Shown one piece after another: positions 12,810-23,455 of a stretch of DNA of 34,582 bases. The notes under the pieces were generated by a model, which ran no database searches, was not told the DNA's origin, and saw only the letters and a program-made list of their open reading frames with translations. A program made the position numbers and the translations under genes. This DNA comes from a virus: UHGV virus genome UHGV-0129090; one strand, given 5' to 3'. Numbering within the stretch: the first letter of the stretch is position 1; every line of letters begins with the position of its first letter.

Positions 12810-15800
12810 TTATTTATTCTGTGCAATTAGTAATTGAGTTACTACAGCACGTAGTTCATCTAGTTGTAGCTGTTGGTCTGCAATTTGTGCTTTTAGAGTA
12901 TCATTTTCTTTAGATAGTTCTTGGATTGCCGCAAGTCCGTCTAATAGCATTGGGGTTTGATCTAGATGATACAATTCACCAATTTTATTAACGTACTGTG
13001 GATCAATAGTCCTAATCTGTTGGCTAATTACACCGCGACGGGCTTTATCAGGGGTATCATTGAATGTAAAATCCTTAAATTCCATTCTATTGATATTTGA
13101 TAGAGCTACCTTAGTGTCTAAATCACTCTGGATAGTTTTAACAGACTGGTCAGATACTGCCGACATGGTTATTTGGTTCCATGCACTCCATGAGCTGTTG
13201 TTAGTCTGGATACGTGAGAATATACGGTTTGACGTATCATAGAAACGTTGTTGATACCATTGACCAGATACACCAGTTGCAGCACTAGGACCAGCATCTA
13301 GACCCTGCGTACATTGAGTGAATAGAGAGCCGTAAACACTACCCGACGTTGGGGCGTTAGACATAACACCGCCAGTATTTTTCCATCCTTGATACTGAAT
13401 GTTAAAATCATTACCAGACCCACCGTCTGTACTGTTACCGTTTGGTGCTAGGCCGCCATTATAGCCGACATACATCACTGTATTTGCCGATGGTTTGGCA
13501 AAACGTATAGTTTTACGGTTGGTAGTTGATGTATGACCATCCATAAAGAGATATAGACCATCCTCACCATTATTTTCAAAATATACACGTTTCCCAATAG
13601 TACCGTCGCCTACTCGGTTAGAGATAAGATAAACTCCGGGATAGTTGGCTTGTGCAACCAGTTTACTAGAAGAAATAATATCACCACTTGCCGTAACAGT
13701 ACCGGTAGATATTGATCCAGACGTTACAGTACCTGTTGTAGTCAATGATGCAGCATTAATACTATCAGTTGCTACAATAGATTCAGCATTTACACTACCT
13801 GTTGTAGTTAGTGATGCGGCGTTCAAACTACCTGTTGTAGTCAATGTACCCGTACTGGATAGATTACCCGTAACAGATAGATTTTTTAGAGTGGTATTTG
13901 CTGCTGCTGTACTAAGTGTATCCGTACTAGCTGTATATTTAATTACATCAAATGTATCATTTTTAGATAATGTAATATTACCAGCCGTTCCAATTAGTGA
14001 ATATTTTGTAGCACCTGTTCCCGTTTGATTGAGAATAAATGCAGGTGATCCACCTTCAATTGTAATTGGTGATGTTACTTTACCAGTGATTGATAGATTA
14101 CCATTAAATGATTGAGTACCTGCCCATGTATTAGCTAGATTCAGTGCTGGAATCTGATTCCATGTTCCATGTGTGCCAGCTTCGATAGTACGGAAGAATG
14201 CTTTATTCTGTCGGCCTACAATCTGGAAACCATAATTACCACTAAAGCCAGTATGAGTACCACCATAAACGTTAGCACCGTCTGGACCATTCACACTACC
14301 AGCCAGAAATCTACTACGGTTAATAATGGACGTTTGACCGTTCCAGTCCTGACCAGTTGAAGATAAAAATCCATTTGGTGAACTAAATGTACCATCGCTA
14401 TTAAAGTTGAAGAATTGAGTAGTATCACTTGAAGTAACGCCACGCCATACTAATTGAATTGCACCGTCGCTAGTTCTAAATTCTGATTGAGATTTAGTAG
14501 TTTTATCTGCATTCAATTGTTTTGATACAAAGGTAAAATCATTTACACCAGTACCGGAAGCAATAAAACCGTTACCCGCTTCAATATTACCACTAAAGGT
14601 TAATTTAGGAGATGTAATTGTTAGGTTATCGCCAATATTCATCCCATTTGAAAGTACAGCACGACCGCCACCACCGATATAATAGTTTGGTGTAGTAGTA
14701 GAACTATTGGACATATAAAAGCCAGGACGAGCTTGTCTAAAATCGAATAATGCACGTGTTCCGTTTGCTACTGCGGTACTCATTGGATCTTCTACGCCCC
14801 ACGGATAAACTACATCAGTCCCAGCGGTATATGATGCCGTTGGTGCAAATGCGGTACAGAATGCGGGTATCCTCATACGTACTGGGAACGCTCGACCCTC
14901 TACATATACTGCCATCTTATCTTCTGCAATCTTCGCACTAACTAGAATACAGTTAAGTGCTTTTTCAGTTGGTGCATAGCAGTTATAGTAACCATAGCCA
15001 GCATCACCGCGATCTGTCCATCCACCAGCACGTACGAAGCCGTTAAACTGTGCGGAGTTCATTGGATCACCACCAGAAGACGATTTAGTATATAGGTCGA
15101 TATGTGCACCAGTAGAAGAAATATTTTCATAGGATAGATCAATAATTACTGGATAGTATTTGTCTGCTTCCACTCCCGGAGGTGCCGGAATTGCGATTAT
15201 TTGACCACTACCAACGGTAGGGGCTTTAATATTATTTCTAGCAGTAGTAACGTCTGCTACATCACTTAGATTACTTGCAATTTTCAATTGTGCATCATTG
15301 GTTACATTACTTAGTCCTACATCACCTTTAGTGATTGAGATATTACCAGTAAGTGCTTTGCCATTAATAGTAGTAGTTTTTGGTACATATAGATTACTAA
15401 CTTCGGAAGAAGAAAGAATACCTAAGTTTGTTCTCGCCTGTGCTGCCGTACTTGCACCAGTACCGCCCTGTAGAATTGGTAATGCGTATGGTGCGTTGGC
15501 TGTGCCGTTCCATACTCCCCAGGTGCCATCGTTCTTAACAAATAAACGCATATTACCATCACCGGATACTACGCGAGTTTCTCCAACTGGATTAGCGTAT
15601 TCTTGGAAACGGCTTAAACCTAAGTTAGTACGGGCAACTGATTTATCAGCCACATCAGCAAGGTTACTTGCAATTTTCAACTGTGCATCATTGGTTACAT
15701 TACTTAGTCCTACATCACCTTTAGTGATTGAGATATTTGTAGTAAGTGGTCTACCGTTAATAGTACGGGATAATGGCACATACTGATCACTAATCTGAGT

Positions 15801-16511
15801 TGCAGTAAGTATACGCGTCCATGCTGTATTCTGGTTCTTTGCATAGATTGCCAATGTACCGGATTTAGTCATTGCAATACTGGAGAATGTACCGGAATCG
15901 ATAAGACCAATACCCATTAGATCCGCACTAGCTGGGTTATCATTGCGTGCTGCTGGTACTTTGATAAAACTGTTGCCATTTGGTAACTGTGGTTCGTACT
16001 GTGGTACGTCTACGCCGTTACTACCTACGCCATATGATCCTACAACTAGTCCGGTACTCAATGGTGCTTGACCATCACGTACTAGAACGTCGGTAGGGGT
16101 AAAGGTATATGATTTAGTAACTACTGAGTCTTTATCACCAGCAAGGCGAGCGGAACTAATCATACCATTCACCATACTATAGGAGATGATACCATCAGTT
16201 ACGGCGTACTGTAGTGTTAGCTGGAACTCGGTCTGATCTTCGGTCGCTTGGTCTAAAAATGCGTGAGCGGTGCAATCTGGTACGTAGTTAACAACAATAT
16301 CAATATCGTTTACGTTCTGTTCTGCGAGTAGTTTCTCTGAAAATTCACTGTTATATACTTCAATAGATTGTACTTGGCTATCAATACCGAATGAAGGCAT
16401 CGCCGCCAATTCATTTACTAGTTCATTCCCTGCGTTATCGGGGATACGGTTTGCGGTGTCGTCATTATAGAATAATTTAAAACCACTCCCTGTAAAAATT
16501 TGATCTGCCAT
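12810..16511 (-). CDS. Tail fibre protein with N-terminal major-tail-protein-like domain, tandem fibre repeats and C-terminal intramolecular-chaperone (peptidase S74-like) region
   Basis: 1233 aa; residues about 1-150 align with the 152-aa major tail protein; duplicated ITKGDVGLSNVTNDAQLKIASNL motif; Gly/Ser/Thr-rich shaft; C-terminal coiled coil. Confidence 0.7.
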   Translation of the reverse strand: MADQIFTGSGFKLFYNDDTANRIPDNAGNELVNELAAMPSFGIDSQVQSIEVYNSEFSEKLLAEQNVNDIDIVVNYVPDCTAHAFLDQATEDQTEFQLTLQYAVTDGIISYSMVNGMISSARLAGDKDSVVTKSYTFTPTDVLVRDGQAPLSTGLVVGSYGVGSNGVDVPQYEPQLPNGNSFIKVPAARNDNPASADLMGIGLIDSGTFSSIAMTKSGTLAIYAKNQNTAWTRILTATQISDQYVPLSRTINGRPLTTNISITKGDVGLSNVTNDAQLKIASNLADVADKSVARTNLGLSRFQEYANPVGETRVVSGDGNMRLFVKNDGTWGVWNGTANAPYALPILQGGTGASTAAQARTNLGILSSSEVSNLYVPKTTTINGKALTGNISITKGDVGLSNVTNDAQLKIASNLSDVADVTTARNNIKAPTVGSGQIIAIPAPPGVEADKYYPVIIDLSYENISSTGAHIDLYTKSSSGGDPMNSAQFNGFVRAGGWTDRGDAGYGYYNCYAPTEKALNCILVSAKIAEDKMAVYVEGRAFPVRMRIPAFCTAFAPTASYTAGTDVVYPWGVEDPMSTAVANGTRALFDFRQARPGFYMSNSSTTTPNYYIGGGGRAVLSNGMNIGDNLTITSPKLTFSGNIEAGNGFIASGTGVNDFTFVSKQLNADKTTKSQSEFRTSDGAIQLVWRGVTSSDTTQFFNFNSDGTFSSPNGFLSSTGQDWNGQTSIINRSRFLAGSVNGPDGANVYGGTHTGFSGNYGFQIVGRQNKAFFRTIEAGTHGTWNQIPALNLANTWAGTQSFNGNLSITGKVTSPITIEGGSPAFILNQTGTGATKYSLIGTAGNITLSKNDTFDVIKYTASTDTLSTAAANTTLKNLSVTGNLSSTGTLTTTGSLNAASLTTTGSVNAESIVATDSINAASLTTTGTVTSGSISTGTVTASGDIISSSKLVAQANYPGVYLISNRVGDGTIGKRVYFENNGEDGLYLFMDGHTSTTNRKTIRFAKPSANTVMYVGYNGGLAPNGNSTDGGSGNDFNIQYQGWKNTGGVMSNAPTSGSVYGSLFTQCTQGLDAGPSAATGVSGQWYQQRFYDTSNRIFSRIQTNNSSWSAWNQITMSAVSDQSVKTIQSDLDTKVALSNINRMEFKDFTFNDTPDKARRGVISQQIRTIDPQYVNKIGELYHLDQTPMLLDGLAAIQELSKENDTLKAQIADQQLQLDELRAVVTQLLIAQNK

Positions 16512-16524
16512 CTTTTAATTCCTT

Positions 16525-16974
16525 TTATTTTAAAGTTGCTACAATATTTATTGCAAAAGATAGCGATTGATAACCAGTTGACGGATCTGTTACTAGTTCA
16601 CTGTCGGCTACGTCATAGCTATGGAGTTGTACGCCATTATTACCAAATTCCATAATAGTATTAGTACGGAAGTAATCAAAAATAGTACCGAAGGTGTCAG
16701 CGGGTAAATTGATTGAAGGTTCTGGTACTAATAGGAATTGAAAGGTAAAATTACCCATTTGATTTTGATTATTATAGTTTACTGATTGGTATGTTTGATT
16801 GGTTGAAACAAGAATAAAGATATCTCGACCTGCTGCAATATTCATTGCCTTTCGAATTGGAATGATATTATTTAAACTGTCTCTAATAGTTTTCTGTACT
16901 TGTGTTAGTAGATTCATATTACCACCCGTAATTATTAATTGTTGATGGTCTAATGTAAACTTCACTAACACCAC
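16525..16974 (-). CDS. Head-tail connector / tail completion protein candidate
   Basis: Positional only: between capsid gene and tail genes. Confidence 0.35.
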   Translation of the reverse strand: MVLVKFTLDHQQLIITGGNMNLLTQVQKTIRDSLNNIIPIRKAMNIAAGRDIFILVSTNQTYQSVNYNNQNQMGNFTFQFLLVPEPSINLPADTFGTIFDYFRTNTIMEFGNNGVQLHSYDVADSELVTDPSTGYQSLSFAINIVATLK

Positions 16975-17239
16975 TTAAATCATTATAGATATTGAATACA
17001 GTGTAGTTAGTACCCTGTACGCCTACTACGGAATCAATAGCGATACTGTAAGTAGATAGATCATCAGTCTTTACTGATAGAAATGTTTCTGTACTCTCTA
17101 CTAGTCCTTCAGTCCCGCTATCAATGACAACGGGGCGATTATCTACAATTGCTGTAAACGTCGCCCCGTTAATTGTGATAGGTTCACCAAAGGCATTTAG
17201 GAAAGTAGAATCAATTTGATTGCTAGTAAAATGCCTCAT
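16919..17239 (-). CDS. Head-tail adaptor protein candidate
   Basis: Positional only: directly downstream of the major capsid gene. Confidence 0.35.
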   Translation of the reverse strand: MRHFTSNQIDSTFLNAFGEPITINGATFTAIVDNRPVVIDSGTEGLVESTETFLSVKTDDLSTYSIAIDSVVGVQGTNYTVFNIYNDLSGVSEVYIRPSTINNYGW

Positions 17240-17252
17240 AGTGGTTTTATCC

Positions 17253-19115
17253 TTATGGTTTTAGTTGTAGTTGTACAAATGCTTCTTCGTGTGCAATTGC
17301 TACGTCTAGGTACTGGAAGCTACGAATTGCGATAGTCTGAGCTGCACGGTAGGTAGTATCATCAAAATCTAGTTCTTGGCCTTCGTTCCAGTTAGCAAAG
17401 ATTAGTTCGGAAAAATCACCGATGAGAATAGTATCTGCTGCTACAAATGTGCTCTCCAAAACGCGGATCTCGTCGTTCAACCACATATCATAACGATGGC
17501 CTGCTACCATTGCGACGGCTGCGGTGTTATTCAATACTGCGGTTTGACGTAGTTTAGCGAGCATAGAAGGATGGACAATAGCTACACAACGATTGATATC
17601 TACGTTTTTAGCGGAGATAACTTCGATAGCTTTCTGTACGTCTGCTTCGGATACTTGACCAGATACTGCGGTTTGTTGTACTGGAACGGTAGTAGCGATT
17701 TGTGCAAATACTGCTGATTCTAGACCGTTAGAACATTGGCGTAGTAGCTCGTCGGTAACATAACGTTCGGTTGCTGCGTTGCTTAGTAGCATTGCTTTAG
17801 TGATCTTGATACCTGCTGCGAACATGCGAGGCTTTAGAGTGATCTTATCAAAGGTTTCGAAGCCGTCGGTTACTGCTTCATCTTCGTTATAGAATTTAGC
17901 TGCTGGGTTCATACCTTTAGCACGCGGGATAGAGAAGTTGCCACGACCAGCAAGGCCACCAAATACAGTCACTGGTAGTTGACCTAGTACGGTTTGTGCT
18001 AGTAGTTGGCGAATATACGCGTCGGATAGTTCTTCTTTTACTAGACCTGCCGCAGTTACGGTAGAAGTGGTATCAGCGGTGCTACGTACCATTGCGTTTA
18101 GGTCTGCATTATAACCGCGAGCACCTTTTTCGAAAGTTTCTAGATCGTGTGCTTCACCTTTTAGACTGCGTAGACCTTCGTTAATTAGAGATTTCTTTTC
18201 CATTTTTTTGATATCCTTATCAATTGATTTATTATCTGTATTTAGTGAGCGTTTAAAGTCTTCTACGCTTACACCGTTTTTAATTGCTTCTTCTGTACTA
18301 ACACCTAGTACCGAAGAGATAGATTGAAGTTCGCGAATACGATTTGCTTCTACTTCTTTATTTATACTTTCTTGAATATCAGTTACTGCAATAGAACGTT
18401 CTTCTACTAATTCCGGTTGTACTTCTTCTTGTACTTCCTCGATCACTTCGGGTTCTTCTACTACTTCTACTGATTCTTCACTTTCGACTACTACGGATTC
18501 TTCAATTACTTCTGGTTGCACTTCTTCTACTGGTGCTTCTTCAATAATTTCTACTTCCGGTACTAGTTCTTCTTTTTGTTCTGGTTCCATTTGGGGTTGA
18601 TCCTCTAAAGTAATTTCATCATTACTATTTAGTGATCTTCCAACACCAACACTATTATCTGCGGGAGTGGATACGCTAGATACTTCATATGGTTGCCATT
18701 TGGAAACAATGAGATCATTACCATCTAGATAATAGTCTAGGATGTTATAACCTACGGACACTTTAGGGCGAATACCTTCTACGATCATTCCGAAGATAGT
18801 ATTTGCGGTTCCTAGTGCACTAAAACGTACAGTAGCACGACATACCTTATCCATATCTACGCGAGCATTTTCTACTATACCAACCTGACGCATAGCATCA
18901 TGTTCTACTAGTACAGGTGCACCGTCATTGAGGCGGCTTAAGTCTACGTTTTCAGGACTGCATAAAAGGATCTCATTATAGAGAGTTCCTTTAATATCGC
19001 GTACTACTGGAATCTCGGAGGCAAAAGAGAGTTCTACTGTTCTATCGGTTTCATCAATTGCATTATTGATTTGCGTTAGATTGATCGCCCTCGTCTGGTT
19101 CTTGTTTAATTCCAT
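17253..19115 (-). CDS. Prohead protease - acidic scaffold linker - major capsid protein fusion (HK97-like)
   Basis: N-terminal APVLVEHD...VGIVEN and KVSVGY motifs resemble HK97-family prohead protease His/Ser regions; central acidic Glu/Val/Pro repeat region; C-terminal about 300 aa in the capsid position. Confidence 0.6.
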   Translation of the reverse strand: MELNKNQTRAINLTQINNAIDETDRTVELSFASEIPVVRDIKGTLYNEILLCSPENVDLSRLNDGAPVLVEHDAMRQVGIVENARVDMDKVCRATVRFSALGTANTIFGMIVEGIRPKVSVGYNILDYYLDGNDLIVSKWQPYEVSSVSTPADNSVGVGRSLNSNDEITLEDQPQMEPEQKEELVPEVEIIEEAPVEEVQPEVIEESVVVESEESVEVVEEPEVIEEVQEEVQPELVEERSIAVTDIQESINKEVEANRIRELQSISSVLGVSTEEAIKNGVSVEDFKRSLNTDNKSIDKDIKKMEKKSLINEGLRSLKGEAHDLETFEKGARGYNADLNAMVRSTADTTSTVTAAGLVKEELSDAYIRQLLAQTVLGQLPVTVFGGLAGRGNFSIPRAKGMNPAAKFYNEDEAVTDGFETFDKITLKPRMFAAGIKITKAMLLSNAATERYVTDELLRQCSNGLESAVFAQIATTVPVQQTAVSGQVSEADVQKAIEVISAKNVDINRCVAIVHPSMLAKLRQTAVLNNTAAVAMVAGHRYDMWLNDEIRVLESTFVAADTILIGDFSELIFANWNEGQELDFDDTTYRAAQTIAIRSFQYLDVAIAHEEAFVQLQLKP

Positions 19116-20559
19116 TTTCCTTATCTTCCTTGTTGATTTCTTCCATGACGATAACCGGATCGTATCCCATCTCCGAAATTACCATTGCCTTACTCTTTAA
19201 ACCGTTCTCAATTGCTAATACTTCGGTTTGAAGGTCTTTATATGGATCTAGGGAGATTTGACGCGTCTGTACATATTGTGCATGAGTCAATTTATTAAAA
19301 TCACTAAAATTTAAATTGCTTAATGTACTACTATTTAGCATTGCAGATTTTAGCCATGCAATATAAAGAGGTTTCAGTACAGATACAATTAAAGCATTAG
19401 TACGGCTTTTAAATGTTGATTGCTGTAATTTATCAGTTAACTTTGCAGCACTGAATGAAGCATTACTAGTATCAGAAGTTAGAGATTGTTTTGTAATATC
19501 TAATCCCATTGCAATCATCATCATTTGGTTATCAATAAACTCCTGAATACCGTCGGTAGTTTGAGATGGGTTTACTGTTTTAATATCCTGACCTGCCTGT
19601 AGTTCTACGATTGCAGCCGGATTTAGATAGTCCTGATCATAATAAGATACACTGTCATCAGTTAGTAACTGTACGTCATCACTATCAGGATTGGTAATGA
19701 AGGCCATTGCAGACGCTGCAACCTTACGGGAAGTAATTGCTGCCGCCATAAATTCCTCTAACTCTTTTAACTTTTCAGTACCGGAATGAACATCTGGTAT
19801 CCCGCGTTGCTGCGTTGGATAGTCCTGTTGAAACAGGTGTAGGATCTCGTCTGCTGGTACGCGTTCACGCTCACCAATCATATAGTTGTACATGATGGGG
19901 TTATAACGTGTTACCCAATAAGCTACAGGACGGTTATTATTAATATCAAATTCAATACCATTACTAATATAGTTACCACTTGGTAGTAATTGGTTCTCAT
20001 AGGTCGAGATACGCATTGAATCGATAATCTCAATCTGTGGTAGCTCTCCTGGCTTACTGTGAACGCGAATGAAACAATCACCATCTACTGATCGAGTACG
20101 TTCTACCAGACGTTGGAAGGTACTGATATCTAGAGTACCGCAACGTGAGAAGGCTTTAGGATCTTCGGCCCATGCGTAAAAAGCATCTTCAATCTGTTTA
20201 TCGATTGACTGATTAACTTGCTCGTCGTCGGAGCTATGGGTACAAGGGCGAATATATAGGCCATCTGCACCCGTTACGCCTGCACTATTCGTACTGACAT
20301 ATTTCTTTACAATACCGTTCTTAATTGAGAGTTCACGACTTACTGCAACCATTACGGGTAGAGTACGGTTAATAATGGCGTTAATATTACCAGCCTGATT
20401 ACCACCAGTGAATCCAAATGAGATAACAGGACTAGATGATCCCAAATTGAGGGAAGTCATCGCTCGTTTCATTGGGTTGTTTTTCATTAGCTTTACTGGC
20501 TTCTGTACTAATACCTTCTGTTTTGGTTCTTCTACTTTCTTTTTATTCCATCCGAACAT
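19063..20559 (-). CDS. Portal protein
   Basis: 498 aa directly downstream of terminase large subunit and upstream of the protease/capsid gene; acidic C-terminal tail. Confidence 0.6.
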   Translation of the reverse strand: MFGWNKKKVEEPKQKVLVQKPVKLMKNNPMKRAMTSLNLGSSSPVISFGFTGGNQAGNINAIINRTLPVMVAVSRELSIKNGIVKKYVSTNSAGVTGADGLYIRPCTHSSDDEQVNQSIDKQIEDAFYAWAEDPKAFSRCGTLDISTFQRLVERTRSVDGDCFIRVHSKPGELPQIEIIDSMRISTYENQLLPSGNYISNGIEFDINNNRPVAYWVTRYNPIMYNYMIGERERVPADEILHLFQQDYPTQQRGIPDVHSGTEKLKELEEFMAAAITSRKVAASAMAFITNPDSDDVQLLTDDSVSYYDQDYLNPAAIVELQAGQDIKTVNPSQTTDGIQEFIDNQMMMIAMGLDITKQSLTSDTSNASFSAAKLTDKLQQSTFKSRTNALIVSVLKPLYIAWLKSAMLNSSTLSNLNFSDFNKLTHAQYVQTRQISLDPYKDLQTEVLAIENGLKSKAMVISEMGYDPVIVMEEINKEDKENGIKQEPDEGDQSNANQ

Positions 20560-21083
20560 TATCGTGATCTCCTAAATGTAGTAATTGATTTAATAGGACA
20601 ACCAGTATTGAAGCCTTTCATATCCGAAAGTAAATCATTTGCACGACTGACATATACGGGGCGTAGTTTCATAAGTATTTCGCTACTTTCATATGTTAAT
20701 GATTTATTCTGGATTGATTGACTTAATACACCACCGCCCTTAATTCGATCCATGATGATTTGATCAATATCTTTGATGATTTGCATCAGGTCATTGTATT
20801 CTGACGCCTTTGAGGTTGGATCTACTACTTCGAATTGCTGTACTCCATATGCTACGGTACTGTTAATAATTGCAGTCCATACACCCGCTACCCAATTGCT
20901 AGTATCAATATCGGGGAAGGGATATGTATATGAGGTCTTTACCCCGTTTGGATCAATCAAGTCTACTTCTGATCCTGCGGGGTAATCGAAAGTAATAGTT
21001 TCGCCTTTAAAGATATCGCCTTTTAAAGTTACTTTGCGAACTATTGCCATTTTATTTTTTTCCTTATTTAAAGAATCCACCAC
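20559..21083 (-). CDS. Hypothetical head-associated protein (lambda gpW position)
   Basis: Positional: between terminase and portal. Confidence 0.3.
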   Translation of the reverse strand: MVDSLNKEKNKMAIVRKVTLKGDIFKGETITFDYPAGSEVDLIDPNGVKTSYTYPFPDIDTSNWVAGVWTAIINSTVAYGVQQFEVVDPTSKASEYNDLMQIIKDIDQIIMDRIKGGGVLSQSIQNKSLTYESSEILMKLRPVYVSRANDLLSDMKGFNTGCPIKSITTFRRSR

Positions 21084-22977
21084 CTTTACGCGGCCTTATT
21101 ACTCGTTTTGGAGTTGGCTTAGTTGGTGCTTCTTCTGTATTTACTTCTTTATTTAGTCCTGCTTTCTCTTTTTGTTTCGCGTTGTATTCCCTTAGTTGTC
21201 GGAATGGTTGACTACCTAACTTAGATAGATACCACTGGAAACATATAAGCGAGTAATTAAGACAATCGAGAGTTTCATTCCTCGCACTACTAACCTTTTT
21301 CACCCATACCCAGGCACCAGCCTTTATCACTCGTTTCTCGGATGTAATCTGAATAAAGTAATCATCTGGTAATGAATGGCTGAAATGTATTTGTACTTCC
21401 TTACTATTTTCACTATCGGATACAGCACGGTTTAACAATTGTCTAACGTTCGTTTTACCTAAGTTTACATTAAGGTTAATCAGGGAGTGACCACCAGCGG
21501 TACTACCTTTGAATAGTGGGTTTGAGTTAGACGTACCACCCTTAATAGGTTTAAAGATAGTAGAGTTACTGCAATAACGATATACGGTACTGGTTGCGTT
21601 GCCATTACTACTATCGACGAATCCAGCTAATACTTTAAGTGGTTTACCCGAATGTGTTTTCAATGGGGAATTGGCAAAGGCCGTTAGTTTATTCCATGCT
21701 GGGGCTTCGATTTTAGTACAGTCAATTGCGTATATACTGCGATGATCTAAAACATAGAGATTCTTCTCACTTACTCCTAGTGTAGTTACCTCCAACCTGT
21801 CGAGCTGCTGATCGACGCCGTATACCACCCCTAGTACATCGTCGGGTATATTATTAATATCTATTTCACTATCTCTTAGGTTCTCTAACAGTACCAAATC
21901 ATGGTCGGTATTCTCTTTATCAATATATGGTAGTCCTAAGACGTTGTTATAGAATGATGCTAGGTCAAAGGTATAATGTGCTTCGGCAAAGTCTGCCACA
22001 ATTGATTTTATGGAATTGATGGGGGAATAGAGTCTAGATATGTGATAGCCCATTATATCGGTTACTTCTGGTGCTGTTACTATCCATTCACCTTTACGGA
22101 TCATTCGTACGCGTTCTGCTTCGGTGATTACATTATTACACTTAGGACATTCTAGTCTTGCAGTGTCTGCATCAGGTATACGACGGCGACCGCCTTCAAT
22201 AATTTTCCATTCGAATTTAACATTCTCAAATACCATTTCGTGAGAGTGGTTACAGTGAGGGCAAGGTACATAAAACTTTTGTTTATTACTTTGTTCGTAC
22301 TGTTGGGTAATCAGGTCATGTTCATCAAGTGGAGTAGAACAGCACATAATAAGGGGGTTACTAAATGCCTTAGTACGCTGTTCGGCGAGTTTTAAGGGGT
22401 TGCCTTCTTCGCCTAAAGCGTCAACGTTCGAAATTTCATCCAAAAATACGCGAGGGGCCGTTAGACCACGTAGTGAAGCACTACTACCCAATGACAGGAA
22501 GTAGGTAAACGTACCATCTAAATTTTGTTGTGTCTTATCGTTATTAGTATAGTTCTTGTCGTTCTTATTACTAACGAGATTCTTTAGTACCGGACACGCT
22601 TCTATCACTGCCTGCCATTTACCAGTACGGAACTTACTAGTAGTACCACCAGTAGCACCGCCAAATATCATGTTACTTGGATCATTGGCTAGGAAGTAGT
22701 ACATACTATTCTGTAGTACCGTTGTCTTGAGAAGTTGAGCACTGCTCATGAGGACCACTTTGCGGACGCGTGGATTCACGATATCGTTAATGGGTTTATG
22801 CTGGAAGGCGAATAATTTAACACGCTGCCCCTGTAGTTCGCCGTCCGGGAAGACTAGATTACTCTCTACCCAATCCGCTGGTAGTTGTTTCTTCGGAGGT
22901 AGGATTGACTTCGCCGCCCTCGTTAGGATCTTCATCATCTTCTGGTAGTTGTTCTTCATATGTTCCCTCATATTCAT
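21064..22977 (-). CDS. Terminase large subunit (lambda GpA-like); true start probably at an internal Met
   Basis: 637 aa; Cys pairs CPHC...CPKC as in GpA-type terminases; follows the small-subunit gene; 5' end overlaps upstream ORF. Confidence 0.75.
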   Translation of the reverse strand: MNMREHMKNNYQKMMKILTRAAKSILPPKKQLPADWVESNLVFPDGELQGQRVKLFAFQHKPINDIVNPRVRKVVLMSSAQLLKTTVLQNSMYYFLANDPSNMIFGGATGGTTSKFRTGKWQAVIEACPVLKNLVSNKNDKNYTNNDKTQQNLDGTFTYFLSLGSSASLRGLTAPRVFLDEISNVDALGEEGNPLKLAEQRTKAFSNPLIMCCSTPLDEHDLITQQYEQSNKQKFYVPCPHCNHSHEMVFENVKFEWKIIEGGRRRIPDADTARLECPKCNNVITEAERVRMIRKGEWIVTAPEVTDIMGYHISRLYSPINSIKSIVADFAEAHYTFDLASFYNNVLGLPYIDKENTDHDLVLLENLRDSEIDINNIPDDVLGVVYGVDQQLDRLEVTTLGVSEKNLYVLDHRSIYAIDCTKIEAPAWNKLTAFANSPLKTHSGKPLKVLAGFVDSSNGNATSTVYRYCSNSTIFKPIKGGTSNSNPLFKGSTAGGHSLINLNVNLGKTNVRQLLNRAVSDSENSKEVQIHFSHSLPDDYFIQITSEKRVIKAGAWVWVKKVSSARNETLDCLNYSLICFQWYLSKLGSQPFRQLREYNAKQKEKAGLNKEVNTEEAPTKPTPKRVIRPRKGGGFFK

Positions 22978-23455
22978 AACCGCCGATTTCTTCTAACTGG
23001 CGGTCTATCTTGTCCTGTAATTTAATTTTTAGTTCTAGAGCGTCCTGTGATTCAAATAGTTCTACATAACTTGCCGCCGGAATACTTCTTAGTACCTGAC
23101 GTAGTTGATAGAAATATTGTGATAATGTTTGCTGTACTACTGCTACCGGAATTAGTTCTCCAGATTGCTGGCGTAGTTCTAATTCTTTTAGGTCTGCTTC
23201 TGCTTCCAGTTTGCGTAGGGTTGCTTTATGAATCATTCCCTTTACATCACCATTACGCATGGGTTCGATTACGTTCGCCAATAGCCAGTCGTCTACTAAT
23301 TTCTTAGGCCAGCTAATATCCAGTCCTTTACCAGACCAGATACGGGATACTGTGGAATGTTCTACCCCGAATCTGTCGGCAATTTCTTGCCATGAATAGC
23401 GGGTTCCATCGTCTTTATTTTTTGCCATGTGATTTCCTATGCATATTTTATTCAC
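22859..23455 (-). CDS. Terminase small subunit (helix-turn-helix DNA-binding)
   Basis: N-terminal YSWQEIADRFGVEHSTVSRIW helix-turn-helix, acidic C-terminus; first gene of the late operon after a 290-bp non-coding region. Confidence 0.55.
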   Translation of the reverse strand: MNKICIGNHMAKNKDDGTRYSWQEIADRFGVEHSTVSRIWSGKGLDISWPKKLVDDWLLANVIEPMRNGDVKGMIHKATLRKLEAEADLKELELRQQSGELIPVAVVQQTLSQYFYQLRQVLRSIPAASYVELFESQDALELKIKLQDKIDRQLEEIGGYEYEGTYEEQLPEDDEDPNEGGEVNPTSEETTTSGLGRE

